Source: Chrysomallon squamiferum
Taxonomy: Eukaryota > Animalia > Mollusca
Assembly (NCBI GenBank): GCA_012295275.1
Contig: CM022675.1
Coordinates: 434,001 to 498,000 of the forward strand
DNA: 64,000 nucleotides
Direction: 5' to 3'
Shown: piece by piece, positions 52,426-64,000 of the stretch
Layout of the letters: the number at the start of each line of letters is the position of its first letter
Numbering within the stretch: position 1 is the first letter of the stretch
The notes under the pieces: generated by a model
Database searches by the model: none
Seen by the model: the letters and a program-made list of their open reading frames with translations, nothing else
Told to the model about the DNA's origin: nothing
Translations under genes and position numbers: made by a program

Positions 52426-53202
52426 GGTATGTTCCAAAGACTCTCAGTCTCCAGATTATGTAATCGGTGAGGTGTTATAATCCGCTTTCAGAAATGGGAA
52501 AACTGGCGTGAGCAATTAAGGCCAATTTAGAGACATGAAGAATAGAGAGGGCGATTAACGAGATTAACTTTAATGAGCAATGAAGACAGGAAATACTACG
52601 TATATAAATACTGTACAGTCATGATGTTTGTTATGTTTGATTATGGCTGCGAAGGGAGAAATTTTGGACGGGAGAAAACCAGGTGCGGACCTCATACTTG
52701 ATGGATATAGGTATGCACGGCGCCACAGTGACTACTACATCGGATGGGACTGTGGTCAGGAGAGGTAAAGACCACATCCATTCCTCGGATGAGAGCGAAG
52801 TTGCTGTCCACCTACTGACCAACACCACGCGGAAGCGAGCACGGGAGGAGCTGACCAGTATCCCAGAGATATTTGACGAGGAGAGAAAGAAGTTGTTGAC
52901 CGGGTATGGAGACGCAACACCACAGGACATAGCTTACAAGCTGAGTATGTTTGAGGACATCAAATCCAGCTTGTACCGACAGAGAGTGAAAAAGGTCCCG
53001 CAAACTGGAACATTTCTTGCGTAGAGTGTGATTGATTGTCCTACAAATTGTGGACAAAATACAGTTTAAGAAAATTACATCAATTAAGGTGATGGGCCAT
53101 CAATTAAGGCGACAGAACACCAATTAGTAAGGGTGAGAAATAAATCCCAGAAATGGAACAACTGGCGTGTCCAATTAAGACGTGTTATAATCTCACTGCC
53201 AG
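52426..53202 (+). mobile_element. MULE (Mutator-like, FLYWCH-type) transposon remnant
   Basis: GC-richer insert absent from sister units. ORF 52683..53024 (ATVTT...HIH...RKRAREE...PEIFDEE...FEDIKSSLYRQRVKKVP) resembles the FLYWCH-to-MULE linker; repeated subterminal motif AGAAATGG.A.AACTGGCGTG. Confidence 0.72.
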
Positions 53203-53469
53203 ATTATTATTATTATTGTTATTGTTATTGTTAATATTGTTGTTGTTGTTATAAGAAACAATATTATTATATGAAACAATAAAATAAACAGAAAAGCATT
53301 TTCATTAAACAAATGTAAATATAATTTATTTTTTAGCAAAAGACGACTAACATTCAGTCTCGATTAAGTAATTCCGTGTATTTGTCTCCTTTATTTTTCC
53401 ACAAACGTGTATTAAAAAGAAAGGACCAAGGAGTGGTATAAAATAGCGGTTTTCGCACATTTTTACAGT

Positions 53470-53602
53470 TTGTATGTATGTATGTAAATTTGTATATATG
53501 TATATATGTTTGTATGTATGTATGTATGTATGTATGTATGTATGTATGTATGTATGTTTGTATGTATGTATGTATGTATGTTTGTATATATGTATGTATG
53601 TT

Positions 53603-53633
<31 letters not shown>

Positions 53634-53843
53634 TTGTATATATGTATATATGTTTGTATGTATGTATGTATGTATGTATGTATGTATGTTTGTTATGTAT
53701 GTATGTATGTTTGTATATATGTATGTATGTCTGTATATATGTATGTATGTATGTTTTTATGTGTGTATGTATGTATGTATGTCTGTATGTGTGTATGTAT
53801 GTATGTATGTATGTATGGCTGTATGTATGTATGTATGTATGTA
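53470..53843. repeat. (TATG)n expanded microsatellite
   Basis: Same position in unit as 48148-48525. Confidence 0.95.
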
Positions 53844-54573
53844 CAATGTTAAGAAAAGCAGAGGCGAGTTTTAATTGAATAGTTAGGCTTACACATGCGC
53901 TCTTGCACATTTTCGTTAGTGTTAACAAACAAAAAACGAAAACAATAATAAAAAGTTATACGGATTCTAAAAAAAAAGAAAAGAAATAAAAAATAAAGTA
54001 ATTAAAAAATAAATAATAATGTAATTTTGTTACATTAATAATTACAACATCAGTCTTTGTAATAAATAGTTAAAGTGAGGCGAACGTGCTTCGTACGTGC
54101 ACAACACAGTAACCAAGCACTGCTTTGTGGTTGGATTTTTACACAATAAAATACACAAGAGAAAGAATTTAGCCGTAACCTCAAAGATCTAGATTTATGT
54201 ACAAAGTATAGAAACGAGGTGGAAGAGCAACGTGTGATATCTATGCATAAAAACATGGAATATGAGCTGTGGTTCAAACCGGATAAATCAGTTTCTGTAA
54301 ACTATGTGTCAAAAGGTTATTATATCTTTTACTATGATCTCTAGAGATGGACATTTGTAAGAGAAAGAAAGATAGGAAACAATATAAAAAAAAAAAACAA
54401 AAAAAAAAACAGAGAAAAACTTGAATTCATACAAGTTACATTAAAAGAAAAAACAAACAAAACAAACAAACATAAACAAACCAGAAAACATTTGTCCTAA
54501 AACCTGCAGAAACATATTACTAGTCTTGTTTGTTTGTTTTATTTGTTGTTTAACAACAACAAAAACAACTTAC

Positions 54574-54619
<46 letters not shown>

Positions 54620-56072
54620 CTACAACTAATAATAAAGGGGAAAAACATATCAATTCAAGTGTAGAACTGACAACTGAAAATCTTGGTCTTGCTGGGTCCT
54701 GGCTAGAAAATGAGTGAGACACAAAAGATGAGTAATGTTGAGGATCAATGACGTCAATCACCTGACGTCAAACGACAGTGTGGGTCTAAAACACATGTGA
54801 GGTCAGATGTAGGTCAGATTACACCGCAATGCGAGAAGCACACACACTAAGTCAGGTTATGTTGTCTCACAGATTATTTGTTTAGAAATAATATTTCAGA
54901 TAAAGATACGGCCTGGCTTTATTCTTTTTAATCTTAAATTGAAAGACAAACGCTATGTCATCCTGAAGTTTTAATTATCTTGAAATTTGTATCTATTACA
55001 TCAAGACACTATTGTCACCTGTCAGAAACACAGAGGGTATAGAGTTCTTCATAACAGTTTAATATGCGGTATAAACAATCCCAAGAACGAACATCACGAG
55101 TTTTGTGTCTGCAGCACAGTAGGTAGTGTGAGTCAAACGTCTGAACATCAAAGATCAAGAGACGGTCACTTTAACAGCTTCCATTTGAAAACCTTCCTTC
55201 CCGTCTCATAGTGGTAAACATGGTGAAAAGCTTTCATCTTGATTTTAGTAAAAGCATATTTCTGTTTATTTAGTGTCATCGTTTACCGCGTAATGAAATA
55301 AACTGTATTTTTTCTTAGTGAAAGGAAAATATCTGCTGTTCATTGCTATTTGGCTCTTCAGTACAAACCACTAATTTTCATTATTGTTTCACAATTATCA
55401 ACATGAACACACACACACAGACACACATATGTCATGTGTGTGCATGTCTTGTGAGACGTGTGTTAGCGTTAGTTTGCATTTATGTACAATATTAAGTATA
55501 TTTATTTTTAGAAAAGAACATGATTATATTCATAAAAGTGTCTTCCTCTTTGGCTACCACTTTAAAACTGACATAGTTTAAGAAGACGTGCGTAAACTGG
55601 TTTCTTCCTGATCCGTGTACCTGTGAGCAGCACGGTGTTCCACTGACGAAATGTTTTCTAATGACGAAACTCCAGCGAGATGAGAAATGCTTTCAACACA
55701 AGCAGGATGTCCCATTTAAATGTTTCTACATCGTCAGTGTCGCATAACTAATTCAAACAGACAGTTGTAATAAAATGAAAACATTATGTATTTCCAAAAT
55801 TATGAAAACATATATAAAATCTCGATTTATTTTTCGAAATATTATATTATGTTTAAGATGAATTAAAATATACCAGTGTATAGTACCTAATAAAATATAC
55901 CAGTATCTAGCACATACTAAAATATACCAGTGCATACTTCTTACTAAAACAAATTAAATCAGTAGATCATTATCATAAAGAAGATACACCTAAACTTAAT
56001 AATGATCATTATCTCCATCGTCATCATTATCTTTATCATTTTCATTATTATTATGATTATTATTATAATTGC

Positions 56073-56106
<34 letters not shown>

Positions 56107-56110
56107 TTTA

Positions 56111-56177
<67 letters not shown>

Positions 56178-57823
56178 ACATATTTTGTTACCTTTATTGA
56201 TTGGCATATATGCATGTGTACAAAGTAAAATAACGAGTTACACAGAAATGACAAAAAGCGAATAAAACGAATCTGAGATTTTTACCGGGAATGGGATCAA
56301 GAAGTAAGTGAAACCAGTTGCATAATAACTCTCTATGTGTATGTCTCATATCATTACAACTGTGTACGTGTAAGTTTCATATCATTACAACTGTATATGT
56401 GCATGTTTCATATCATTAGAACTGTGTATGTATGTGTTTGATATCATTAGAACTGTGTATGTGTGTGTTTGATATCATTAGAACTGTATATGTGTATGTT
56501 TCATATCATTATAACTGTCTATGTGTATGTTTCATATCATTATAACTGCATCTTTTTATGTTTCAAATCATTATAACTGTCTATGTGTGTTTCATATCAT
56601 TATAACTGTATCTGTGTATGTTTCATATCATTAGAACTGTATATGTGTAAATTTCTTATCATAACTCCACGACGTAATGTTTTGTTGAGACGGGACAATA
56701 ACTACACTTTAACAAACTGTTATATTTCCATACCTTTTTATAAATATTCTGTTTTCTGCATAGTGTCTTTTCTTTACGCTAATGAGTACAGCACGCGCAC
56801 GCACACACACACACACACATACAATGTACTCTTAGCGTTTGGTAATTTGTGAAAGACAACTATTCTACACTAAAATCTTATTTCGTAGCTCATATAAAAC
56901 ATTTTTTTGCTTTGTTTTATGTTTTGTTCTGGGCTGTCCGGTTTCAATTCAGAGATCATGTTCTAATAGGCTAGTACTTTCAGTACATTGCGCAGTACGG
57001 TCAGTGACAAAACTGAGTTACCTGCCAAAAGTCGCAGACACTACAGAGGAAATCACAGAAACATACTTAGATAAGTTTACTGTTTAAATAACAATTTCAC
57101 CCTTTTTTGTCGCATAATAACTGTGTATGTGTATGTGTTTTTTTTTTATCATAGTAACTGTAGACCAATGTTCTCTCAGAGTTTGATCATTAGTGAGGGA
57201 CAACAATTCTCAGCTAAAAGCTTATTTCGTAACGCATATAAAAATATTCTTAAAAAATCTTTTATTCTTGGCCATTTGGTTTCAGTTCAGAGATCATGTT
57301 CTTGTCATGAATACGAATTACAAAGACGTGGTTACAAAGAAATCAAGTTGCTATTATTACCGAATAATTTAGCATTTAATCATGTAATTAACACATTTTG
57401 ATTTTAATCTGCAAACAGTCTCTGGGCACGGTGTAAACTGAAAAGCCCGTGCATGTACCGGTTTCGCATATATGGAAATTTAATACGTCCTTTATTATTT
57501 GCTAGTACCTGTTGTAACCTTGTGCGATTGCGCAGTACGGCCAGTGAACAAAACTGAGTTACCTGCCAAAAGTCGCAGACACCACAGAGTGAATCACAGA
57601 AAACACTCAGCTCAGTTTACTATTTAAGAATCAATTTCACCCTTTTTTTCAGCGCTTGTTCAAGAATTTATATAAAAAAAAATATAGTAAAATGGATTTA
57701 AAGAGGGTGTGAAGATTGTTTCTCGTTTCTTTTTCCGAAATAATTTTTCCGTTATTGTGAAGTGAAACTATTAGTCAGTTTAGATATATCGATGGTAAGA
57801 CACACACATTTAAGTGTTTCCTT

Positions 57824-57946
57824 ATGGAAAAACGAACACACTTAATGGAAGAAACACTTCCTAGTGACTTGGCAGAGTTGGGACATCTAACTCAAGAAAC
57901 TGTGTTACAAGTGGTGAAAAAAAGATATGAAGAAGACAAAATATAC
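57824..57946 (+). pseudogene. Copy of myosin-CHS exon 1 (unit 4), open frame and intact donor
   Basis: Same peptide as the 46333 copy; gtaagt donor. Confidence 0.88.
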
Positions 57947-57992
57947 GTAAGTAATTTTACATTTTTTTATATTTACATCTACACATACCTAC

Positions 57993-58023
<31 letters not shown>

Positions 58024-58033
58024 CATACATACA

Positions 58034-58066
<33 letters not shown>

Positions 58067-58150
58067 GAATGGAAATGACGAAGACAAAGAACGCCATGCT
58101 TCGTGAGAAGCGATGATTATCCTCACTTATTGAGCAACTTTTTGTTAAAC

Positions 58151-58347
58151 TTGTCTCATGGCCGAACGGTAACATCGTCCGCCTTCGGAGTGCGGGCGAA
58201 TGGGTGTCACACGTTTGAGTCTCGGCATCTGACGGGTTTGTTAGGTCGTGATTGGACTCTGTCCTCCTGCACACGTGCCTTCCCCAATATTGTCTATGTG
58301 CAGAGTCTATTCAGACGTACATAAGACAGAGAATATTCAAAATGCTA

Positions 58348-58350
<3 letters not shown>
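58151..58350 (+). mobile_element. tRNA-derived SINE-like element
   Basis: A-box-like TGGCCGAACGG (58159-58169), B-box-like GTTTGAGTC (58213-58221), body ends in simple repeats; head deleted in sister copies near 40630 and 46630. Confidence 0.6.
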
Positions 58351-58388
<38 letters not shown>

Positions 58389-59234
58389 CATTCATTCATA
58401 CATAGATTCATCCATCCATCCATCCATCCATATTTATACATAATTGCTTTGAGTTGCGAGCCAGAATCCGAGTTACGAGCGAGCTTCAGATGACCGCCGC
58501 TGATTGGCGCAATGAACAACATCCCGAGTCTCACTCGTTTACTTCACGTGATTACCTCGTCGCAAAATAGTCTCTGTTGTGTTGTGCTCGCGTTTTGTGT
58601 ACTATTTTGCGAAATTTCTACTTTGTGGCCATGGACCTAAGAAAGTGAATGCAAAGGACAGTGGTAAGAAGAAAAAGCGGATGATATCCCAATCGAAGCA
58701 TGAAATCATAGAAAAATATGACAGAGATGTGCCTGTAGTCAGCGTGACCAGGAGTTTGAGCGTAGTACTTTTACGATATGTACCATACTGACACAGAAGT
58801 AGTAGATATAGGCTATAACTCCAGCCAAAGGCATTAAAATAATTTGTCTGATCTCATGGCTTATTAGGATTATGGTTGGAACGGATTAATGGTATTTCAA
58901 TTAATTTCAGTTGGTAAAACTGGTTTGATATACGAGTTGATTCCAAACATTCCAGATGTTAAATGTCTTTCTTCTTATACACTGAACTCATTTCTTTTGC
59001 ACCAACTCAATAGAAATGTAAGCTACAATTTTACAACGAACTTTGAAAGAAAGAATAGAACAAACTTCAAACTAATTATTTTTATTGCGGTTTCGCCCTA
59101 TTTCTTTTAATTACCATAAGAAAAACATCTGTAATTCAAATTAAGAAGTAAAATACACATAAACACAGCCAACAAGTAAAATAAGGACGTGGCGTTCGCA
59201 GATGCAAACGATTAAAAACTGCTGATCGATATTT

Positions 59235-59281
<47 letters not shown>

Positions 59282-60265
59282 GTTATTGTTATTGTTGTTG
59301 TTGTTGTTGTTATTATTATTATAAGAAATAATAAAATAAACGGAAAACCACTATCATTAAACAAATGTAAATATAATTTATTTTTTAGCAAAAGACGACT
59401 AACATTCAGTCTCGATTAAGTAATTCCGTGTATTTGTCTCCTTTATTTTTCCACAAACGTGTATTAAAATGAAAAGAAAAAGGAGCTGTATAAAATAGCT
59501 GTTTTCGCTCATTTTTACACTGTATGTATGTATGTATGTATGTATGTATGTATATACAATGTTAAGAAAAGCAGAGGCGAGTTTTAATTGAATAGTTAGG
59601 CTTACACATGCGCTCTTGCACATTTTCGTTTCTTTTAATAAAAAAAAACGAAAACAAAAATGAAAAGTTATACAGATTCTAAAAAAAAAAGATAAAAGAA
59701 ATAAAAAATAATGTAATTTTGTTACAATAATAATTACAACATCAGTCTTTGTAATAAATAGTTAAATTGAGGCGAACGAGCTTCCTATGTGCAGACCCCA
59801 GTAAGCAAGTACTGCTTTGTGGTTGTATTTTACACAATAAAATACACAAGAGAAAGAATTTAGCCGTAACCTGAAAGCTCTAGATTGATGTACAAAGTAT
59901 AGAAACGAGGTGGAAGAGCAACTTGTTATATCTACGCATAAAAACATGGAATATGAGCTGTGGTTCAAACCGGATAAATCAGTTTCTTTTAAATTATGTG
60001 TGAAAAGGTTATTATATTTTTTACTATGATCTCTAGATATCGACATTTGTAAGAGAAAGAAAGATAGGAAACAAATAAAAAAAAAAAAAAAAAAAAAAAC
60101 CCAGAGAAAAACTTGAATTCATACAAGTTACATTAAAAGAAAAAGCAAACAAAACAAACAAACAAAAACAACCCAGAAAACATTTGTCCTAAAACCTGCA
60201 GAAACATATTACTAGTCTTGTTTGTTTGTTTTATTTGTTGTTTAACAACAACAAAAACAACTTAC

Positions 60266-60319
<54 letters not shown>

Positions 60320-61749
60320 TCTTCTACAACTAATAATAAAGGGGAAAAACATATTAATTCAAGTGTAGAACTGACCACTGAAAATCTTGGTCTTGCTGGG
60401 TCCTGGCTAGAAAATGAGTGAGACACAAAAGATGAGTAATGTTGAGGATCAATGACGTCAATCACCTGACGTCAAACGACAGTGTGGGTCTAAAACACAT
60501 GTGAGGTCAGATGTAGGTCAGATTACACCGCAATGCGAGAAGCACACACACTAAGTCAGGTTATGTTGTCTCACAGATTATTTGTTTAGAAATAATATTT
60601 CAGATAAAGATACGGCCTGGCTTTATTCTTTTTAATCTTAAATTGAAAGACAAACGCTATGTCATCCTGAAGTTTTAATTATCTTGAAATTTATATCTAT
60701 TACATCAAGACACTATTGACACCTGTCAGAAACACAGAGGGTATAGAGTTCTTCAGAACAGTTTAAGTATGCAGTATATAAACAATCCCAAGAACGAACA
60801 TCACGATTTTTGTGTCTGCAGCACAGTAGGTAGAGTGAGTCAAACGTCTGAACATCAAAGATCAAGAGACGGTCACTTATACAGCTTCCATTTGAAAACC
60901 TTGCTTCCCGTCTCACAGTGGTAAACATGGTCAAAAGCTTTTATCTTGATTTTAGTAAAATTCATATTTATGTTTATTTAGTCTCATCGTTTGCTGTGAA
61001 ATGAAATAAACTGTGCTTGTCTTACTGAAAGGAAAATATCTGCTGTTCATTGCTATTTGACTCTTTAGATACAAAGCACAAAGTTTCATTATTGTTTCAC
61101 GATTACCAAAACACACACACACACACACACACACATATGTTTGTGATGTGTGTATATATTTTGTGAGACGTGTGTTAGCGTTACTCTGCATTTGTGTACA
61201 ATATTAAGTACATTGATTTTTAGAAAAGAACATGATTATTGCTTTAGTATGCATAAAAGTGTCTTCCTCTTTGGCTACCACTTTAAAACTGACGTAGTTT
61301 AAGAAGACGTGCGTAAACTGGTTTCTTCCTGATCCGTGTACCAGTGAGCAGCACAGTGTTCCACTGACGAAATGTTTTGTACTGATGAAGCTCCAGCGAG
61401 ATGAGAAATATATTCAACACAACCTGAATGTCCCACTTAAATGATTCCTAACAGTTAGTCTCGAATAAGTAATTCAAAGAGACAGCTGTAATAAAATGAA
61501 AAGATTATGTATTTACAGTATAATGAAAATATGCATAGAATGTCCATTTATTTCTGTAAATGGTATAATATGTTTAAGATGATTCAGATGCTTTAGCCGG
61601 GAGAATCTCAAGTTTAATGGAACGCTGTAACATCTGTCAGTTCGTACCTGTCAGAAATCCTCCAAAAACAAACAAGTCAATAATATTTACTATAATATAG
61701 CAGTTTACAGTACTTACTATAGTACAGCAGAGAATAAAACTTACAAAAA

Positions 61750-64000
61750 GTTACCAGTCTATAGCACTTACTAATATATATCAGTGTATAGTACTTACTA
61801 AAAGATACCAGCGAAATATATCAGTGTAGAGTACTATAAAGAGTGTACCAGTTTACAGTACTTACAAAAATATACCAGTTTATAGTACTTACTTAAATAT
61901 ATCAGTGTACAGTACTTACTAAAATGTATCAGTATATAGTTCTTACTAAAATATTCCAGTGTATAGTACTTACTAAACTATATCAGTGTATAGTTCTTAC
62001 TGAAATAATCCAGTGTATAGTACTTACTAAAATATATCGGTGTATAGTAGTTACTAAAATATACCAGTGTATAATACTTACTAAAATACAGCAGTGTATA
62101 GTGCTTACTAACATATAGCAGTTTATAGTACTTACTAAAATATACCAGTGTATTGTACTTACTAAAATATAGCAGTGTACAATACTTACTAAAATACACC
62201 AGTGTATAGCACTTACTAAAATATACCGGTGTATAATACTTACTAAAATATAGCAGTGCATAGTGCTTACTAAAATATAGCAGTTTATAGTACTTACTAA
62301 AATATACCAGTGTATAGTACTTAATAAAAGAGACCACTGTATTGTACTTACTAAAATATAGCAGTTTATACTACTTAATCAAATGTACCAGTGTATTGTA
62401 CTTACTATAATATACCAGTATATAGTACTAAATAAAATATACCACTGTATTGTACTTACGAAAATATAGTAGTTTATAACTCTTGCTAAAATATACCAGT
62501 GTATAGTACTTACTAAAATATACCAGTTTATGATAGTTAGTTAAATATATCAGTGTACAGTACTTAGTAAAATGTATCAGTATATAGTTCTTACTAAAAC
62601 ATCACAGTTTATAGTACTTACTAAAATATACCAATGTATAGTACTTAGTAAAATATACCAGTGTACAGATAATAGGAAAATGAATCAGTGTATAGTTCTT
62701 ACTAAAATATACCAGTTTATAGTACTTACTAAAATATACCAGTGTATAGTACTTACTAAAATATACCAGTGTATAATACTTAATAAAATGTAGCAGTGTA
62801 TAGTTGTGACTAAAATATAGCAGTTCTTAGTACTTAATAAAATTTACCAATGTACTGTTCTTACTAAAATATACCAATTTGCAGTACTTACTAAACTATA
62901 CAATTGCATAATATGTATTAAATATACCTGTGTATAGCACTTAGTAAAATATATTAGTGTACAGTACTTACTAAAATATATCAGTTTACAGCACTTACTA
63001 AAATATACGAGTGTATAGTACTTACTAAAATATTACAGTGTACAGTACTTACTAAAATATACCAGTGTATAGTACTTACTAAAATATACCAATGTATAGT
63101 ACTTAGTAAAATATACCAGTGTACAGTTAATAGGAAAATGAATCAGTGTATAGTTCTTACTAAAATACACCAGTTTATAGTAATTACTAAAATATACCAG
63201 TGTATAGTACTTACTAAAATATTACAGTGTACAGTACGTACTAAAATATACCAGTGTATAGTACTTACTAAAATATATCAGTGTATAATACTTAATAAAA
63301 TGTAGCAGTGTATAGTTGTTATTAAAATACAGCAGTTTTTAGTGCTTAATAAAATATACCAATGTACTGTTCTTACTAAAATATACCAGTTTACAGTACT
63401 TACTAAACTATATCATTGCATAATATTTATTAAATATACCTGTGTATAGCACTTAGTAAAATATATCAGTGTACAGTACTTACTGAAATATACCCGTGTA
63501 CAGTACTTACTGAAATATACCAGTGTGTAGTACTTATCGCAATATACCAGTGTATAGTATTTACTAAAATATACCAATGTATTGTAGATACAAACATATA
63601 TTAATTGATAATACTTACTAAAGTGTACCAGTGTATTGTTCTTACTAAAATATAGCAGTTTATAGTACTTACTAAACTATACCATTGCATAATATTTCTT
63701 AAATATACCTGTGTATAGCACTTACTAAAATATATCAGTGTACAGTACTTACTAAAATATACCCGTGTGTAGTACTTACTAAAATATACCAGTGTACAGT
63801 ACTTACTAAAATATACCAGTGTGTAATACTTACCGCAATATACCAGTGTATAGTATTTACTAAAATATACCAGTGTATAGTTCTTACTAAAATATATCTG
63901 TATATAGTACTAAAATATACCAGTGTATAATACTTAATAAAATATTGCATTGTATATTGCTTACTAAAATATAGCAGTTTATACTACTTATTAAAATATA
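61750..64000. repeat. 27-bp minisatellite, reverse orientation of 30090-32230, runs off window
   Basis: Unit CCAGTGTATAGTACTTACTAAAATATA. Confidence 0.97.

Noticed and set aside
58151-58232. Functional tRNA gene
   Set aside because: A/B boxes are present but I could not fold a cloverleaf; it continues into a SINE-like body.

Overview
AT-rich, microsatellite-rich animal genomic DNA, probably lophotrochozoan or molluscan (inferred from gene architecture). The left half carries a minus-strand myosin-motor/chitin-synthase fusion gene. I traced 27 GT-AG coding exons from about 29039 down to 3666: myosin head, ER/K single-alpha-helix neck, Ser/Pro linker, transmembrane region and the start of the GT2 chitin synthase domain. 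The gene runs off the left edge through a 32-bp intronic minisatellite. As assembled it has two lesions: a 38-bp insertion with an in-frame TGA in exon 2, and a +1 frameshift in the GAA-rich neck exon. Its introns hold decayed Tigger, Tc1 (DD34E) and Sola2-like DNA transposons and a triplicated unit of about 2.2 kb. The right half (about 37.6-64 kb) is a tandem array of five 4-7 kb units that are inverted copies of the gene's own upstream region, exon 1 and the start of intron 1. Three units keep an open exon-1 copy, and all five carry a CRE+CRE+E-box+DR5 motif cluster (partly degenerate in unit 3) that is missing from the gene-proximal copy. The spacer between gene and array holds an EF-hand pseudo-exon and an inverted, internally deleted relic of exons 13, 14 and 24. 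All translations and alignments were done by eye; no database searches were run.
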